NCBI GenBank assembly: GCA_963666345.1 | Contig: OY762721.1 | Coordinates: 2,080,001-2,144,000 of the forward strand | Reading direction: 5' to 3' | Source of the DNA: Desulfatiglandales bacterium | GTDB lineage: Bacteria > Desulfobacterota > DSM-4660 > Desulfatiglandales > Desulfatiglandaceae | Length of the DNA: 64,000 nt | Part shown: positions 9,326 through 21,618 of the stretch, in pieces | How positions within the stretch are numbered: position 1 is the stretch's first letter | Layout: each line of letters begins with the position of its first letter | Notes under the pieces: model-generated | Databases searched by the model: none | What the model saw: only the letters and a program-made list of their open reading frames with translations | Told to the model about the DNA's origin: nothing | Program-made: the position numbers and the translations under genes

Positions 9326-9674
9326 TGGAGGCGGGGGGAGTCGAACCCCCGTCCGGAAACATTCCGCTTAGGCGTCTACATACATAGCCCGATGTTTTCG
9401 ATTCGCCCTTTGGTTAGCTATCAGGCAACGCTTCCAACAGGCTAACCTGCATAAGTTTTCGCATCACCGTACCGCAGGTATGTCGGATCTGCTAGCCCGC
9501 TAGTCGACGCCCTGTTCGGTCCCGCGAGCTTAGACCGACAGAACGCTAGCCTTATGCGGCTAGAGAGTACGCATAATCGTCTGCGTTTACTTTTGCCCAA
9601 CCGTTTTACGAGCAGCTGGAACCTCGGTATGCAACCTAAACTTCAACTATCCCCGTCGAAACCGGGTCGCCCCC
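9323..9674 (-). ncRNA. ssrA: tmRNA; tag reading frame ADDYAYSLAA* (9584-9552)
   Basis: 5' GGGGGCGAC...TTCGAC; 3' GGTTCGACTCCCCCCGCCTCCACCA; tag ending in LAA; adjacent to smpB. Confidence 0.97.
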
Positions 9675-9694
9675 TTTACCAATATTTATTAAAT

Positions 9695-9723
9695 ATTTTA
9701 ATCATTTCCAGGCACTCTGTCAA
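9695..9723 (-). promoter_or_regulatory. Sigma-70 promoter of ssrA (-35 overlaps the smpB stop codon)
   Basis: TTGACA-17 nt-TAAAAT on the minus strand. Confidence 0.75.
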
Positions 9724-10175
9724 TACTCTTCCCTCTTCTTTACCTGCTCTATATCCCTTTTCATCTCTTTTTCCTTGAGGGCCTGCCTCTTGTCGTATTT
9801 GCGTTTTCCCTTGGCAAGGGCGATTTCAACCTTTGCCCAGCCCTCCTTGAAATAGACCTTTGTGGGAATGAGGGTATAGCCTTTTTCTTCCGCCTTTCCG
9901 ATCAGCCTTTTTATCTCTTTATTGCTCAGAAGAAGCTTCCTTACCCTCACAGGCTCAAGCGGCATATTATGCGCAAACGGGTAGGGGCTTATATGCATAT
10001 TGTACAAAAAGACCTCCCCTGCCTTGACCCTTGCATAACTGTCCGTAAGATTACCCCGGCCCTCTCTGAGAGATTTTACCTCAGGGCCCTGAAGGACTAT
10101 CCCGGCCTCGATCCGCTCATCGATAAAATATTCATGGGATGCCTTCCGGTTCTGACATACGATCTTTATTCCCAT
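9720..10175 (-). CDS. smpB: SsrA-binding protein
   Basis: NRKASHEY, EAGIVL.G.EVKSLR, RKLLL, AKGKRKYDKR. Confidence 0.98.
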   Translation of the reverse strand: MGIKIVCQNRKASHEYFIDERIEAGIVLQGPEVKSLREGRGNLTDSYARVKAGEVFLYNMHISPYPFAHNMPLEPVRVRKLLLSNKEIKRLIGKAEEKGYTLIPTKVYFKEGWAKVEIALAKGKRKYDKRQALKEKEMKRDIEQVKKREEY

Positions 10176-10232
10176 CTTGTTTTGCCCTCCAAATCGGTTT
10201 TAGAGGAAAAATTGAGGGCTATTTTTTTCTTT

Positions 10233-12017
10233 TCAACCACCTAGATATCCCTTTTCTTCCAGTTCCGGTACGATACTTTGCATCTTGGCCATCATATAAC
10301 CTCTTACTTCATCGGCCGTCTTTAATCTAAAGATGTTTTCAAGGTCCTTTTCCGCCTCTTTGCGGGACAGGGACCTGACGATTTTCTTGATGAGCGGAAT
10401 CGACCTGGAATTGAGACTCAGGTCCTCTATTCCCAGGGCCACCAGGATAAAAATACAGAGTGGGTCTCCCGCCATTTCACCGCATATGGAAAGGCCTATT
10501 CCCGCTTCCTTTGTGGCCATGACGACCTGTTTGATCATCCTTAATATGGCCGGATGAAAGGGCTCGAACATATATGCGACATGCTCGTTTATCCTGTCGC
10601 TGGCAAGGGCGTACTGAATGAGGTCATTGGTGCCTATGCTGAAAAAATCCACGTGTGCGGCAAGCACGTCCGCCATTGTAACCGCTGAGGGGACCTCGAT
10701 CATGATCCCAATCCTTATGCGATCATCAAAATCCACCTTTTCTCTTTCAAGCTCCCTCTTGGCCTGATCCAGAAGCTCTTTGGCATCAAGGAGTTCCCTC
10801 AGCCCCGATATCATCGGAAACAATATCTGGACCTGACCGTATATACTCGCCCTCAATATCGCCTTAAGCTGAGTCTTGAATATCGCCGGTTCCTTCAGAC
10901 AAAACCTTATGGCCCTCATGCCGAGTGCCGGATTGGCCTCATTCATCAATTCAAACGAACCGGCTATCTTGTCTCCCCCGAGATCAAGGGTTCGGATGGT
11001 TACACAGGCCGGAGCCATTATTTCCGCAACCTCCCTGTAGTTCTCAAAAAGTTCCTGCTCACTCGGCAATTTTCTGCTTCTCAAATAAAGGATCTCAGTC
11101 CTGTAAAGACCGATACCCTCTCCACCATGTTCCTTGATAGCGGCAACTTCCTCCAGAAATTCTACGTTTGCAGAAACATTTATCCTGTGACCGTCCGAGG
11201 TGACCGCCGGAAGATGGCTGATACGGGCTATACTCGACTTATATTCCTCATACCCCAGCTGCCTTTCCTGATAATGGATGATTTCGCTATCGTCAGGATT
11301 TATGACGACATCGCCGCTGTTTCCATCCACTATAAGGAGATCACCCTCCTGGACCGCATCGGTTGCCGACTCAAGGCCCACTATTGCCGGAATCTCAAGG
11401 GCCTGGGCGATGATGCCGGTATGAGAGGTCCTTCCCCCGGCATCCGTAATAAAGCCCATAACCTTTTCTATGTTCAGTTCGCTGGTATCTGCAGGAGACA
11501 GATCATGGGCCACGATAATTACTCTCTCGTTTATTTCCCCGATTCCGTCCGAGTCCTCACCCGCAAGATTCCGCAGAATCCTGTCGGCCACATTTTCAAC
11601 ATCCGTTATCCTGGTGCTGATATATTCATCTTCAATCTGTCGAAAGATGCCGCGGATTTCCTCAAGGGATTTTTTAAGCGCCCATTCAGCATTTATTTTT
11701 TCCTCGTCGATTCTTCTGATCGTAGAGCCTGTGAGCATGCTGTCCTTTAATATCATCAAATGGCTTTCAATAATAAAGGCGTGCTCTTTTACCAGGTCGG
11801 CCATTCCGTTTTTGACCCTGGTAAGCTGGCGTTCCGTTGTCTCAAGGGCATTTTCAAATCGTGCGACTTCCGCTTTTACCTGTTCCTCACCGATGAGATA
11901 CTGGTAGAGGATCTTGACCGTTTTCCTGTCAACCAGGTGTGCCTTACCGATTATTATACCCGGTGAAACGGCTATTCCGCTCAGTTTCCTTATTGTACCG
12001 CTCTGATATTCCGTCAT
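10233..12017 (-). CDS. ptsI: PTS enzyme I
   Basis: GGRTSH phospho-His motif, GIGLYRTE, DFFSIGTNDL, ICGEMA. Confidence 0.96.
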   Translation of the reverse strand: MTEYQSGTIRKLSGIAVSPGIIIGKAHLVDRKTVKILYQYLIGEEQVKAEVARFENALETTERQLTRVKNGMADLVKEHAFIIESHLMILKDSMLTGSTIRRIDEEKINAEWALKKSLEEIRGIFRQIEDEYISTRITDVENVADRILRNLAGEDSDGIGEINERVIIVAHDLSPADTSELNIEKVMGFITDAGGRTSHTGIIAQALEIPAIVGLESATDAVQEGDLLIVDGNSGDVVINPDDSEIIHYQERQLGYEEYKSSIARISHLPAVTSDGHRINVSANVEFLEEVAAIKEHGGEGIGLYRTEILYLRSRKLPSEQELFENYREVAEIMAPACVTIRTLDLGGDKIAGSFELMNEANPALGMRAIRFCLKEPAIFKTQLKAILRASIYGQVQILFPMISGLRELLDAKELLDQAKRELEREKVDFDDRIRIGIMIEVPSAVTMADVLAAHVDFFSIGTNDLIQYALASDRINEHVAYMFEPFHPAILRMIKQVVMATKEAGIGLSICGEMAGDPLCIFILVALGIEDLSLNSRSIPLIKKIVRSLSRKEAEKDLENIFRLKTADEVRGYMMAKMQSIVPELEEKGYLGG

Positions 12018-12280
12018 TTGGGTTCACCGAATTTTTGCGAAAACAGTTCTTCAAGGGCATCCATAAAAAGCCGCTCATCCTCTCCTTCTACATTGACCTC
12101 AATTTCCGAGCCCTTGGGGCATGACAGGCTCAGTATGGAAAGGATACTAGATCCGTCCACTTCCTGGCCACCTTTTCTGAGAAAGAGTGTTGACCTGTAC
12201 CTGTTGCCCAGTTCCACGATCTTTGCAGCGGCACGTGCGTGCAGACCGAGATGGTTTTTAATCTTTATCCTTTTTATCAA
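12014..12280 (-). CDS. ptsH: Phosphocarrier protein HPr
   Basis: GLHARAA (His15); SILSIL around the Ser46 position. Confidence 0.95.
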   Translation of the reverse strand: MIKRIKIKNHLGLHARAAAKIVELGNRYRSTLFLRKGGQEVDGSSILSILSLSCPKGSEIEVNVEGEDERLFMDALEELFSQKFGEPK

Positions 12281-13187
12281 TTAGGGCCGCCTCAACATCC
12301 TCTTGCTCATTCATCCGTGCAAGGGATTCCTTGTACACCTTCCTGTATGGGAGCCCATATTCACCGGAAACCTTTCCTGCGATATCTCTTATGGTCATCC
12401 CCTTTTCCAGGAGTTCCGAAATCCTTTCAAAAACCTCCTCTGAAAGTATCGGCCCCTGTCTTGTGGATTTATCACCGGCCATGACAAGGGTCAATTCACC
12501 TTTTACTCCCCGGGATCTGAAATCCTCGTAAATCAGACTTGCCGGCCCCCTTTTAATCTCCTCAAACACCTTTGAAATCTCTCTTAAAACAACCATTTCG
12601 CGATCTCCAAGGATGTCATGGATGTCCTTCAAGGTCCCGACTATGCGGTGGGGTGCCTCAAACAAAACCATGGTACGCTGCTCATTTGAAAGTCCCTTGA
12701 GCTCCTTTCTCCGTTTGCCTGCCCTGACCGGCAAAAAGCCCAGGAAGACAAATTTTTCAGAGGGAAATCCTGACACGGAAAGAGCCGCCGCAACAGCCGA
12801 AGGTCCCGGAACAGGGGTGGAACGAATCCCCTCTGATGCCGTCATCTTGATCAGCGTTCCCCCGGGATCGGAAATACCTGGTGTTCCGGCATCCGTTACC
12901 AGGGCCACATCTTTTCCCGATTTTAAAATTCTTATGAGATCAGGGGCCTTGACCTTCTGATTGTGCTGGTTAAAGGCGGTTATCCTGGTCTTTATATCGT
13001 AATGCCCACACAGCCCCTTTGTATGAGACCGGTTCTCAGCCGCTATGAGATCACAGTTTTTAAGGATTTTCAGAGCCCTGAAGGTAATGTCTTCAAGATT
13101 CCCGATAGGGGTGGCCACCACGAATAGTGTTCCCGGGACCTCATCGCTGCCCTTGTCGGTTCTGCTGTGAGAAACTGCCCTCTGCAA
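12258..13187 (-). CDS. rsmI: 16S rRNA C1402 2'-O-methyltransferase (true start may be about 50 nt downstream)
   Basis: VATPIGNLEDIT, DAGTPGISDPG, FEAPHR. Confidence 0.95.
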   Translation of the reverse strand: MQRAVSHSRTDKGSDEVPGTLFVVATPIGNLEDITFRALKILKNCDLIAAENRSHTKGLCGHYDIKTRITAFNQHNQKVKAPDLIRILKSGKDVALVTDAGTPGISDPGGTLIKMTASEGIRSTPVPGPSAVAAALSVSGFPSEKFVFLGFLPVRAGKRRKELKGLSNEQRTMVLFEAPHRIVGTLKDIHDILGDREMVVLREISKVFEEIKRGPASLIYEDFRSRGVKGELTLVMAGDKSTRQGPILSEEVFERISELLEKGMTIRDIAGKVSGEYGLPYRKVYKESLARMNEQEDVEAALIDKKDKD

Positions 13188-13258
13188 TGTTTATCCCCGC
13201 TGGTTTTTTAAAAAAGGATGCATTTTATTAGGGTCAATCAGGTCGTAATGCGGGCGGG

Positions 13259-13627
13259 CTAATATTCGAGTTCAAAGGCATTTTTTACTATCTCGATCTC
13301 CGGTTCCCCACCCCCTACATTTACCGCAATGACATCAAAACGGGCCCTGCTGTCAAAATATTCATTCGTCTTCATATAGTATAATGCCACTTTTGACAGC
13401 TGTCTTCTCTTTTTGAGATTTACCGCCTCTTTTGCATACCCCGTCGATCTGTTCCGTCTTGTCTTCACTTCGATAAACACAAGAGTGTCTTCATCCCTGG
13501 CTATAAGATCAATCTCTCCTAATTTGCACGAGTAATTTCGGATAATGCTCCTGTAACCCCGGGCCCGTATCTCTTTTAGCGCAAGTTTTTCACCGAGCAC
13601 GCCCAGATCAAGTCTTTTCCTTGTCAC
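13259..13627 (-). CDS. yraN: YraN/UPF0102 family nuclease-like protein
   Basis: GEIDLI...LVFIEVKTR, RFDVI. Confidence 0.92.
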   Translation of the reverse strand: MTRKRLDLGVLGEKLALKEIRARGYRSIIRNYSCKLGEIDLIARDEDTLVFIEVKTRRNRSTGYAKEAVNLKKRRQLSKVALYYMKTNEYFDSRARFDVIAVNVGGGEPEIEIVKNAFELEY

Positions 13628-14285
13628 CTCTCAAGACCCCTTTGAAGCTTATTCGATGAATCGGACAATGCCCATACCGTTTAAGGGCCTCCATATGCCG
13701 GACGGTTCCATAGCCCTTATGCCTGTCGAAACCGTATAGAGGGTACTGGTTATGGTAGCAAAGCATTATTCTGTCCCTGTAAACCTTTGCCAGTACCGAG
13801 GCGGCCGAAATACTCCGGCTAAGCTGGTCGCCCCTTTTGATGCATCTCTGAGGGGTGGAAATTGGGACAGGATGGATACCGTCTACAAGTAGGAATTCAG
13901 GCGGGCGGGCAAGGGCAGATACGGCCCTCAGCATGGCCTCAAGGGAAGCCCGCAGAATGTTGAACTCGTCGATATATCGGTGCGAGACGACTCCGATACC
14001 AAAGGACAGGGCCTCACGCTGGATAATTGGGAAGGCCTCCTCCCTGGAACGAGCCGTCATTTTCTTTGAATCCCTGATGCCTGAAAGTCGAGCATCCTCT
14101 GGAAGTATCACCGCGGCGGCCACAACCGGTCCTGCAAGCGGGCCTCTGCCGCACTCGTCAAGCCCGGCGACCAACCCGTAACCGGAATTTCGGGCAAGCC
14201 CTTCATAGTAGAAGGGATCCATTGAAACGCATCCTAAACTCTCAGGAAATAGGTTGAGATTCTTGTTCTGAGAAGGCTGCAGCAA
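13608..14285 (-). CDS. rnhB: Ribonuclease HII (start uncertain)
   Basis: GLDECGRGPLAGPVVAAA, DSKK, SISAASVLAKV.RD, HKGYGT. Confidence 0.96.
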   Translation of the reverse strand: MLQPSQNKNLNLFPESLGCVSMDPFYYEGLARNSGYGLVAGLDECGRGPLAGPVVAAAVILPEDARLSGIRDSKKMTARSREEAFPIIQREALSFGIGVVSHRYIDEFNILRASLEAMLRAVSALARPPEFLLVDGIHPVPISTPQRCIKRGDQLSRSISAASVLAKVYRDRIMLCYHNQYPLYGFDRHKGYGTVRHMEALKRYGHCPIHRISFKGVLRGDKEKT

Positions 14286-14529
14286 ATCTATAAAAGGCTA
14301 CTAGTTGGTTTCCATCCGGAAAAGGCGCCCGATATCCGTGTGAATCCGCATCCCGCTAGGCGGGATGAGAAGCACCACATGTAAATCTCCGGGCCCCTTG
14401 TTTCCTTGGGGTCCCCGGTTTCCTGCTCCGGAAACTTATCAGTGTCCCTGATTCGATTCCTGTATGGGCACCGGTCAACGTTATTTTCAAGGCCGGATCT
14501 GTTAATATCGCGCACAAAACCCCGCTTAA

Positions 14530-14877
14530 CTATCTGAACCTCTTTTCCTTTATGCGAGCGGCCTTGCCCCTTAACTTTCTGAGATAAAACAGTCTTGCTC
14601 TTCTGACCCTGCCTTCGGTCACAACCTCGACCTTGTCAATGGAAGGAGAATGAAGGGGAAAGATCTTTTCCACACCAATTCCATAGGAAACCTTCCTTAC
14701 CGTAAAGGTTGAACCTGTGGTTCCCTTCCTTTTTCTGATGACAACGCCCTGAAAGACCTGGATCCTTTCCTTTTCACCTTCCTTGATCCTGGCATGAACC
14801 CGGACAGTATCACCAGCCTTAAAATGAGGGATGTCCACCCTCATCTGTTCCTTTTCCAGCATTTCAACTACATTCAT
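14530..14877 (-). CDS. rplS: 50S ribosomal protein L19
   Basis: [29 protein letters not shown]. Confidence 0.98.
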   Translation of the reverse strand: MNVVEMLEKEQMRVDIPHFKAGDTVRVHARIKEGEKERIQVFQGVVIRKRKGTTGSTFTVRKVSYGIGVEKIFPLHSPSIDKVEVVTEGRVRRARLFYLRKLRGKAARIKEKRFR

Positions 14878-14886
14878 TTTTTCCTC

Positions 14887-15462
14887 CTAGCCAACCACTT
14901 CATTCTCTCTGCCGACCAGTCTGTCCATAATTATGGCCGCAGCCGCCCTGACGGAAAGATGATTATAATCTGTTTTCCCATATACGGGGTCCAATGAATA
15001 ATCAGCTCTACTTATCGTATCCCTGTCAAGACCCCAAGCCGTTCCAAATATTATAAAGACCGCTCTGCCGGATTTCTGAAGAAGTTCTCTCGCCTTTTCA
15101 TAAGAAATGGCCCGCCCCTCTGTCTTTGAGGCATCCGTTGCTATGACAAGGGGATCTTCTCCCTCACTTTCTGATATCACGGTTTTTGCCGCTTCCACTG
15201 AAGGAGTTACGGAAACAAGCTCTATGGCTGACTTCCGGTGCTCATTGTACCTTGCGCCATGGCCCTCCACCCAGTGCTTTTTTACCCTGCCAACCAGTTC
15301 CTGCTGATCCTCAAGAGGGGTAACGACAAAAAATTTCTTCGCATCATAGGTCCTCGCCACCCTTGAAATATCGTGCAAATCAAGTGTGGTTACGGCAGAT
15401 GCGATTATATCAGAGTTCTTATTGTAAACAGGGTAGTGTACAAGCCCTATATAAAGATGCAT
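14887..15462 (-). CDS. SPOUT-type RNA methyltransferase (DUF2168, TrmD-associated)
   Basis: LVHYPV, DLHDISR, FGTAWGL, YNHLSVRAAAAI..DRL. Confidence 0.88.
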   Translation of the reverse strand: MHLYIGLVHYPVYNKNSDIIASAVTTLDLHDISRVARTYDAKKFFVVTPLEDQQELVGRVKKHWVEGHGARYNEHRKSAIELVSVTPSVEAAKTVISESEGEDPLVIATDASKTEGRAISYEKARELLQKSGRAVFIIFGTAWGLDRDTISRADYSLDPVYGKTDYNHLSVRAAAAIIMDRLVGRENEVVG

Positions 15463-15552
15463 GAACTATCGAGATTTCTATCCTTTCACATGATTCATCC
15501 GTTCAACAAAAAAGATCTGCGCAACCCGGCTTATTCGCACAATCTTAAGTAC

Positions 15553-16287
15553 TCAGTCCTGATTTTTCTCCTTGACAAGTCTGAGCAACCGTTTGTCCTC
15601 CCGGCTCAGATCCGCCCTTTCAAGCATGTCCGGCCTTTTTTCAAGGGTCTTTTTCAATGCCTGAAATCTTCGCCATTGCCGTATCTTTTCATGATCCCCC
15701 GACATGAGTATTTCAGGCACTTCCATCTCCATAAAGACCCGGGGTCTCGTATACTGAGGGTATTCCAGCAGACCGTCTTCAAAGGAGTCTTCAAGATTGG
15801 ACCTTTCACCGCCCAACACACCCGGTATGAGTCGGCCGACCGCGTCCATGATAACCATGGCGCCCAACTCTCCGCCACTGAGGACATAATCTCCCAGAGA
15901 TATCTCCCTGTCTGCAAATCCTGAGACGATCCTTTCGTCCACCCCTTCATAACGACCGCAAACAAGGATGATCTGATCAAAGCGGGACAGTTCCCAGGCA
16001 TCGGCCTGGCTGAAGGTTTTGCCCTGGGGACTTAACAGGACAACCAGGCCGTTTTCCGACCTATCAACGGATTTCAGGGCACCGTATATGGGTTCAGGCT
16101 TCATAACCATCCCCTCTCCCCCGCCGTAAGGTCTGTCATCCGTTGTCTTGTGATTTCCCTTTGCGAAATCGCGTATATTTGTGAGCCTTACATGAATCAA
16201 TCCGTTTGTTACCGCCCTGCCGAAAACGCCTTCTTCAAGATAGGCGTCAAACATGGCCGGGAACAATGTAAGGATGTCAAATATCAT
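15553..16287 (-). CDS. trmD: tRNA (guanine37-N1)-methyltransferase
   Basis: DDRPYGGG.GM, CGRYEGVDER, SLGDYVLSGGE. Confidence 0.98.
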   Translation of the reverse strand: MIFDILTLFPAMFDAYLEEGVFGRAVTNGLIHVRLTNIRDFAKGNHKTTDDRPYGGGEGMVMKPEPIYGALKSVDRSENGLVVLLSPQGKTFSQADAWELSRFDQIILVCGRYEGVDERIVSGFADREISLGDYVLSGGELGAMVIMDAVGRLIPGVLGGERSNLEDSFEDGLLEYPQYTRPRVFMEMEVPEILMSGDHEKIRQWRRFQALKKTLEKRPDMLERADLSREDKRLLRLVKEKNQD

Positions 16288-16810
16288 TCAATTCAAGCAA
16301 TCCTTCCAATACCGAGATAATCATTTTTCCTTTTTCGAGATCAATTTCCCTGACTACTTCGTCTATTGCAGGGATCAGGAACTCCTGTTCCCCGCGCCTG
16401 ACCTGGTAGACATCGTTGGCGCCGGTATATATTATCTGCTCTATAGAACCAAGGAATTCCCCGTTTTCAAGATAGACATCCAGGCCCTTGAGCTCGTACC
16501 AGAATAATTCATCCTCCTGACGCGACACGGACCCTTTTTCCACAAAGATCAGGGCGCCCCTGTATCTTTCACTCTCATCAAGTGAATCAAGCCCTTCAAG
16601 TTTCATCAAAAAGACATTTTTGTGCGGCTTCACCGAAAGGATCTTGAATTTATCGACCTCTCCCTGCTCGGTCCTCAGAAAGGCTGTCCCCGCCTCCAGA
16701 AAAGAATGCCCGGAACTGGCATAAGACCAGATTCTGAGAAGACCTCCGGCACCGTGTGGCCTTAGAACCCGGCCTATGAGAAGCCATCTGTCTGGTGAAA
16801 CCGGGGGCAA
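16277..16810 (-). CDS. rimM: Ribosome maturation factor RimM
   Basis: IGRVLRPHG, TGANDVY, LIPAI; operon position. Confidence 0.93.
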   Translation of the reverse strand: MPPVSPDRWLLIGRVLRPHGAGGLLRIWSYASSGHSFLEAGTAFLRTEQGEVDKFKILSVKPHKNVFLMKLEGLDSLDESERYRGALIFVEKGSVSRQEDELFWYELKGLDVYLENGEFLGSIEQIIYTGANDVYQVRRGEQEFLIPAIDEVVREIDLEKGKMIISVLEGLLELNDI

Positions 16811-16812
16811 AT

Positions 16813-17043
16813 TTATTCGAGAATCTCCAAAACCGACCGCTTGTTAATTTTGGTGGAGGCCGCGCTGAGGATCGTCCTCATTGCTCTTGCCGTACGCCCT
16901 TGTTTGCCTATCACCTTCCCCAGATCCTCCTTGGCGACCTTAAGCTCAATAACGGAGGTCTGTTCACCTTCTATTTCGGTGACAACGACGTCCTCTGGCT
17001 TATCCACAAGTGCTCTGGCGATGTACGCAATCAATTCCTTCAT
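16813..17043 (-). CDS. khpA: KH-domain RNA-binding protein
   Basis: [18 protein letters not shown]; lies between rpsP and rimM. Confidence 0.93.
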   Translation of the reverse strand: MKELIAYIARALVDKPEDVVVTEIEGEQTSVIELKVAKEDLGKVIGKQGRTARAMRTILSAASTKINKRSVLEILE

Positions 17044-17083
17044 CTCGATTCACCTCCGTATTTGGTTTCACCTCTACGCCACA

Positions 17084-17347
17084 TCAATTCTCTTTTGAAT
17101 GAGCCTTAAGCAGACCTTGTTTTCTAAGAAGAGACCTTGCGGACTCCGACACAAGCGCTCCCTTATCCAGCCAGGAATTTACTTTCTCTTCATGGACCTT
17201 TACTTCTGCGGGATCCTTCATGGGATCATAATATCCCAATATCTCGATGAATTTTCCGTCACGAGGAGCCTCCGAGTCGGCGGCAACAACGCGGTAAAAG
17301 GGTTTCTTCTTGGAACCCATCCTTGCCAATCTAATCCTCACTGCCAT
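17084..17347 (-). CDS. rpsP: 30S ribosomal protein S16
   Basis: [29 protein letters not shown]. Confidence 0.98.
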   Translation of the reverse strand: MAVRIRLARMGSKKKPFYRVVAADSEAPRDGKFIEILGYYDPMKDPAEVKVHEEKVNSWLDKGALVSESARSLLRKQGLLKAHSKEN

Positions 17348-17443
17348 TAGCCTCTATCACCCCCTATGGATAAATTACTTCGATTTTCATTAATCGCTTA
17401 CCTTCAAAAAAACAACAAAAACAAATTGAAAGAAACTCCATGC

Positions 17444-18769
17444 TCAGCCGAACAAAGAGGCCAGGCCTGAGGTCCCTTTCTTCGTAAACCGCTCCATCAT
17501 CTTTTTGGTCTGAACAAAATTTTTCAGGAGACGATTGACATCCTGCACGGTTGTCCCGCTTCCGCGTGCTATTCTTTTTCTTCTGCTCGCATTTATTATC
17601 TTATGCCTGCGCCTTTCCTGCATGGTCATGGAATTGATGATCGCCTCAATTTTGGCCAGTTCCTTTTCATCGGGGCTCATCTGCTTTAACTTTTTGATCT
17701 GTCCCATGCCCGGCAGCATTCCCAATATCTGATCAAGTGAGCCTATTTTTTTCATCTGACCCAGCTGACTCTTGAAATCTTCGAGATCGAACTCCCTCTT
17801 TTTTATCTTTTTCTGAAGTTTAAGGGCCTCTTTCTCATCAACCTGGTCCTGCGCCTTTTCAATAAGAGACATTACATCGCCCATGCCCAGGATCTGGGAG
17901 GCCATTCTATCGGGGTAAAAAGGCTCCAGAGACTCGATCTTTTCTCCCACCCCGATAAACTTGATCGGCTTTCCGGTTACCGACTTTATTGATAATGCCG
18001 CCCCCCCCCTTGCATCGCCTTCCATCTTGGAGAGGATTACGCCGGAAATATCCAGCGAGTCGTTAAACGACTCCGCCACATTTACTGCATCCTGACCCGT
18101 CATTGCGTCAGCCACGAGCAGAATCTCATTCGGGGCCAGCCGATCCTTTATGCGAGACAGCTCCGCCATCAGTGCTTCATTTATATGGAGACGCCCCGCC
18201 GTATCCATAATAAGCAGATCCGCCCCCTCTTTTCCTGCCGTAGAGAGCGCGTCCAGGCATATGTCCTCCGGTTTCTGCGAGTCAGTCGAAGGATACACCG
18301 GAACCCCCACCTGCGCTCCCAGCTTCTTCAGTTGCTCAATTGCCGCAGGCCTGTAGACATCTGCCGGCACAAGAAGGGGATGCCGCCCCTGCTTTCTGAG
18401 GAAATGCGCCAGCTTGGCTGCCGTTGTTGTCTTTCCTGACCCCTGGAGACCCACAAGAAGTATGGAATGGGGCGTCCGCCCGGAGAACCTTAGCCCCGCT
18501 ACACTTTCACCCATAAGACGGGTGAGCTCATCATTTACAATCTTTATGAACTGCTGACCCGGAGTCAGGCTCGCAAGGACCTCCTGCCCCATCGCACGAA
18601 GCCGGATATCCTCCACCAGGGCCTTTACCACTTTATAGTTGACATCGGCCTCAAGAAGGGCTAAACGCACCTGTTTCAGGGCATCACTTATATTCGCCTC
18701 GCTCAGTCTCCCCCTGCCGGTGACCCACTTGCTGACTTTCCCCAGTTTTTCCGTCAAACTCTCAAACAT
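17444..18769 (-). CDS. ffh: Signal recognition particle protein
   Basis: GLQGSGKTT, DTAGR, DARGGAALS; M-domain SRRKRIARGSG. Confidence 0.98.
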   Translation of the reverse strand: MFESLTEKLGKVSKWVTGRGRLSEANISDALKQVRLALLEADVNYKVVKALVEDIRLRAMGQEVLASLTPGQQFIKIVNDELTRLMGESVAGLRFSGRTPHSILLVGLQGSGKTTTAAKLAHFLRKQGRHPLLVPADVYRPAAIEQLKKLGAQVGVPVYPSTDSQKPEDICLDALSTAGKEGADLLIMDTAGRLHINEALMAELSRIKDRLAPNEILLVADAMTGQDAVNVAESFNDSLDISGVILSKMEGDARGGAALSIKSVTGKPIKFIGVGEKIESLEPFYPDRMASQILGMGDVMSLIEKAQDQVDEKEALKLQKKIKKREFDLEDFKSQLGQMKKIGSLDQILGMLPGMGQIKKLKQMSPDEKELAKIEAIINSMTMQERRRHKIINASRRKRIARGSGTTVQDVNRLLKNFVQTKKMMERFTKKGTSGLASLFG

Positions 18770-18803
18770 CAAAAACAGCCTTATTCTAGGGTGTAAACTT
18801 ATT

Positions 18804-18832
18804 ATTTAATTCAATTCTCCCGTTTGTGTCAA
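18804..18832 (-). promoter_or_regulatory. Putative sigma-70 promoter of the ffh operon
   Basis: TTGACA-17 nt-TTAAAT on the minus strand. Confidence 0.5.
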
Positions 18833-19184
18833 CAAAAATTCGCGTGAAGCTGAACATCCCAAGATTATTTCTTAATTATATTATATAAAATCATATTATT
18901 AATTAAATTGCCGGAATAATCAATAACTTAATTTGTTAAACCGCTTTCCTGCTCACAAGATTATCTGAAGATATCAAATATTAACCGGCTATATCCACAA
19001 GATTTAATGTGTTGCAACAAGAATTACAATATGTAAAAAATGAACCGGATAAAGAAAAGCTGCTATTCATGCGGAAGCATTACGCTACGGCGCCGGGATT
19101 CTTTACTCCGGCCTGCGCTTTTACGTAAAGCAACCTAAAATAGTGGTATGATAGAATTTGCAGGATTTTCTTTATGTTATCTGA

Positions 19185-21227
<2,043 letters not shown>

Positions 21228-21239
21228 AGGGGAGTTACC

Positions 21240-21518
21240 ATGGCCAAGACAAGAAAACATCTCCATATACATGGCAGGGTTCAGGGTGTCTGGTTCAGGG
21301 ACTCTACAAGAACAAAGGCGCTGTCCCTGAGCGTATCAGGCTGGGTAAGGAATCTTCCTGACGGATCCGTGGAGGTCCTTGTTGAAGGTGAGGATGAGCA
21401 GGTAAAAGGGCTGGTATCATGGTGTAAGCAGGGCCCTCCCTCAGCAGATGTTTCAAGCCTGGTTGAGAGACAGGAAGAATGGAAAGGAGAGTTTGACACC
21501 TTCAGCATAGTTTATTAG
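21240..21518 (+). CDS. acyP: Acylphosphatase
   Basis: GRVQGVWFR, GWVRNLPDGSVE. Confidence 0.95.
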   Translation: MAKTRKHLHIHGRVQGVWFRDSTRTKALSLSVSGWVRNLPDGSVEVLVEGEDEQVKGLVSWCKQGPPSADVSSLVERQEEWKGEFDTFSIVY

Positions 21519-21618
21519 CAATTACCTTTACATGTAACGTATTTTAATAATATAAAGAGACTTTTTCAGCAGATGTTAAATCCGTTATTCATCCCATAAC
21601 TACACAGGAAATCCGATC

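Noticed and set aside
9323..9350. tmRNA 3' end as the attachment site of an integrated island
   Set aside because: No integrase and no duplicated ssrA 3' end seen; the TGGTGGAGGC match near 16851 is inside khpA and too short to count
14288..14515. 75-aa ORF between rplS and rnhB
   Set aside because: No SD or family features; overlaps palindromic repeat-like DNA
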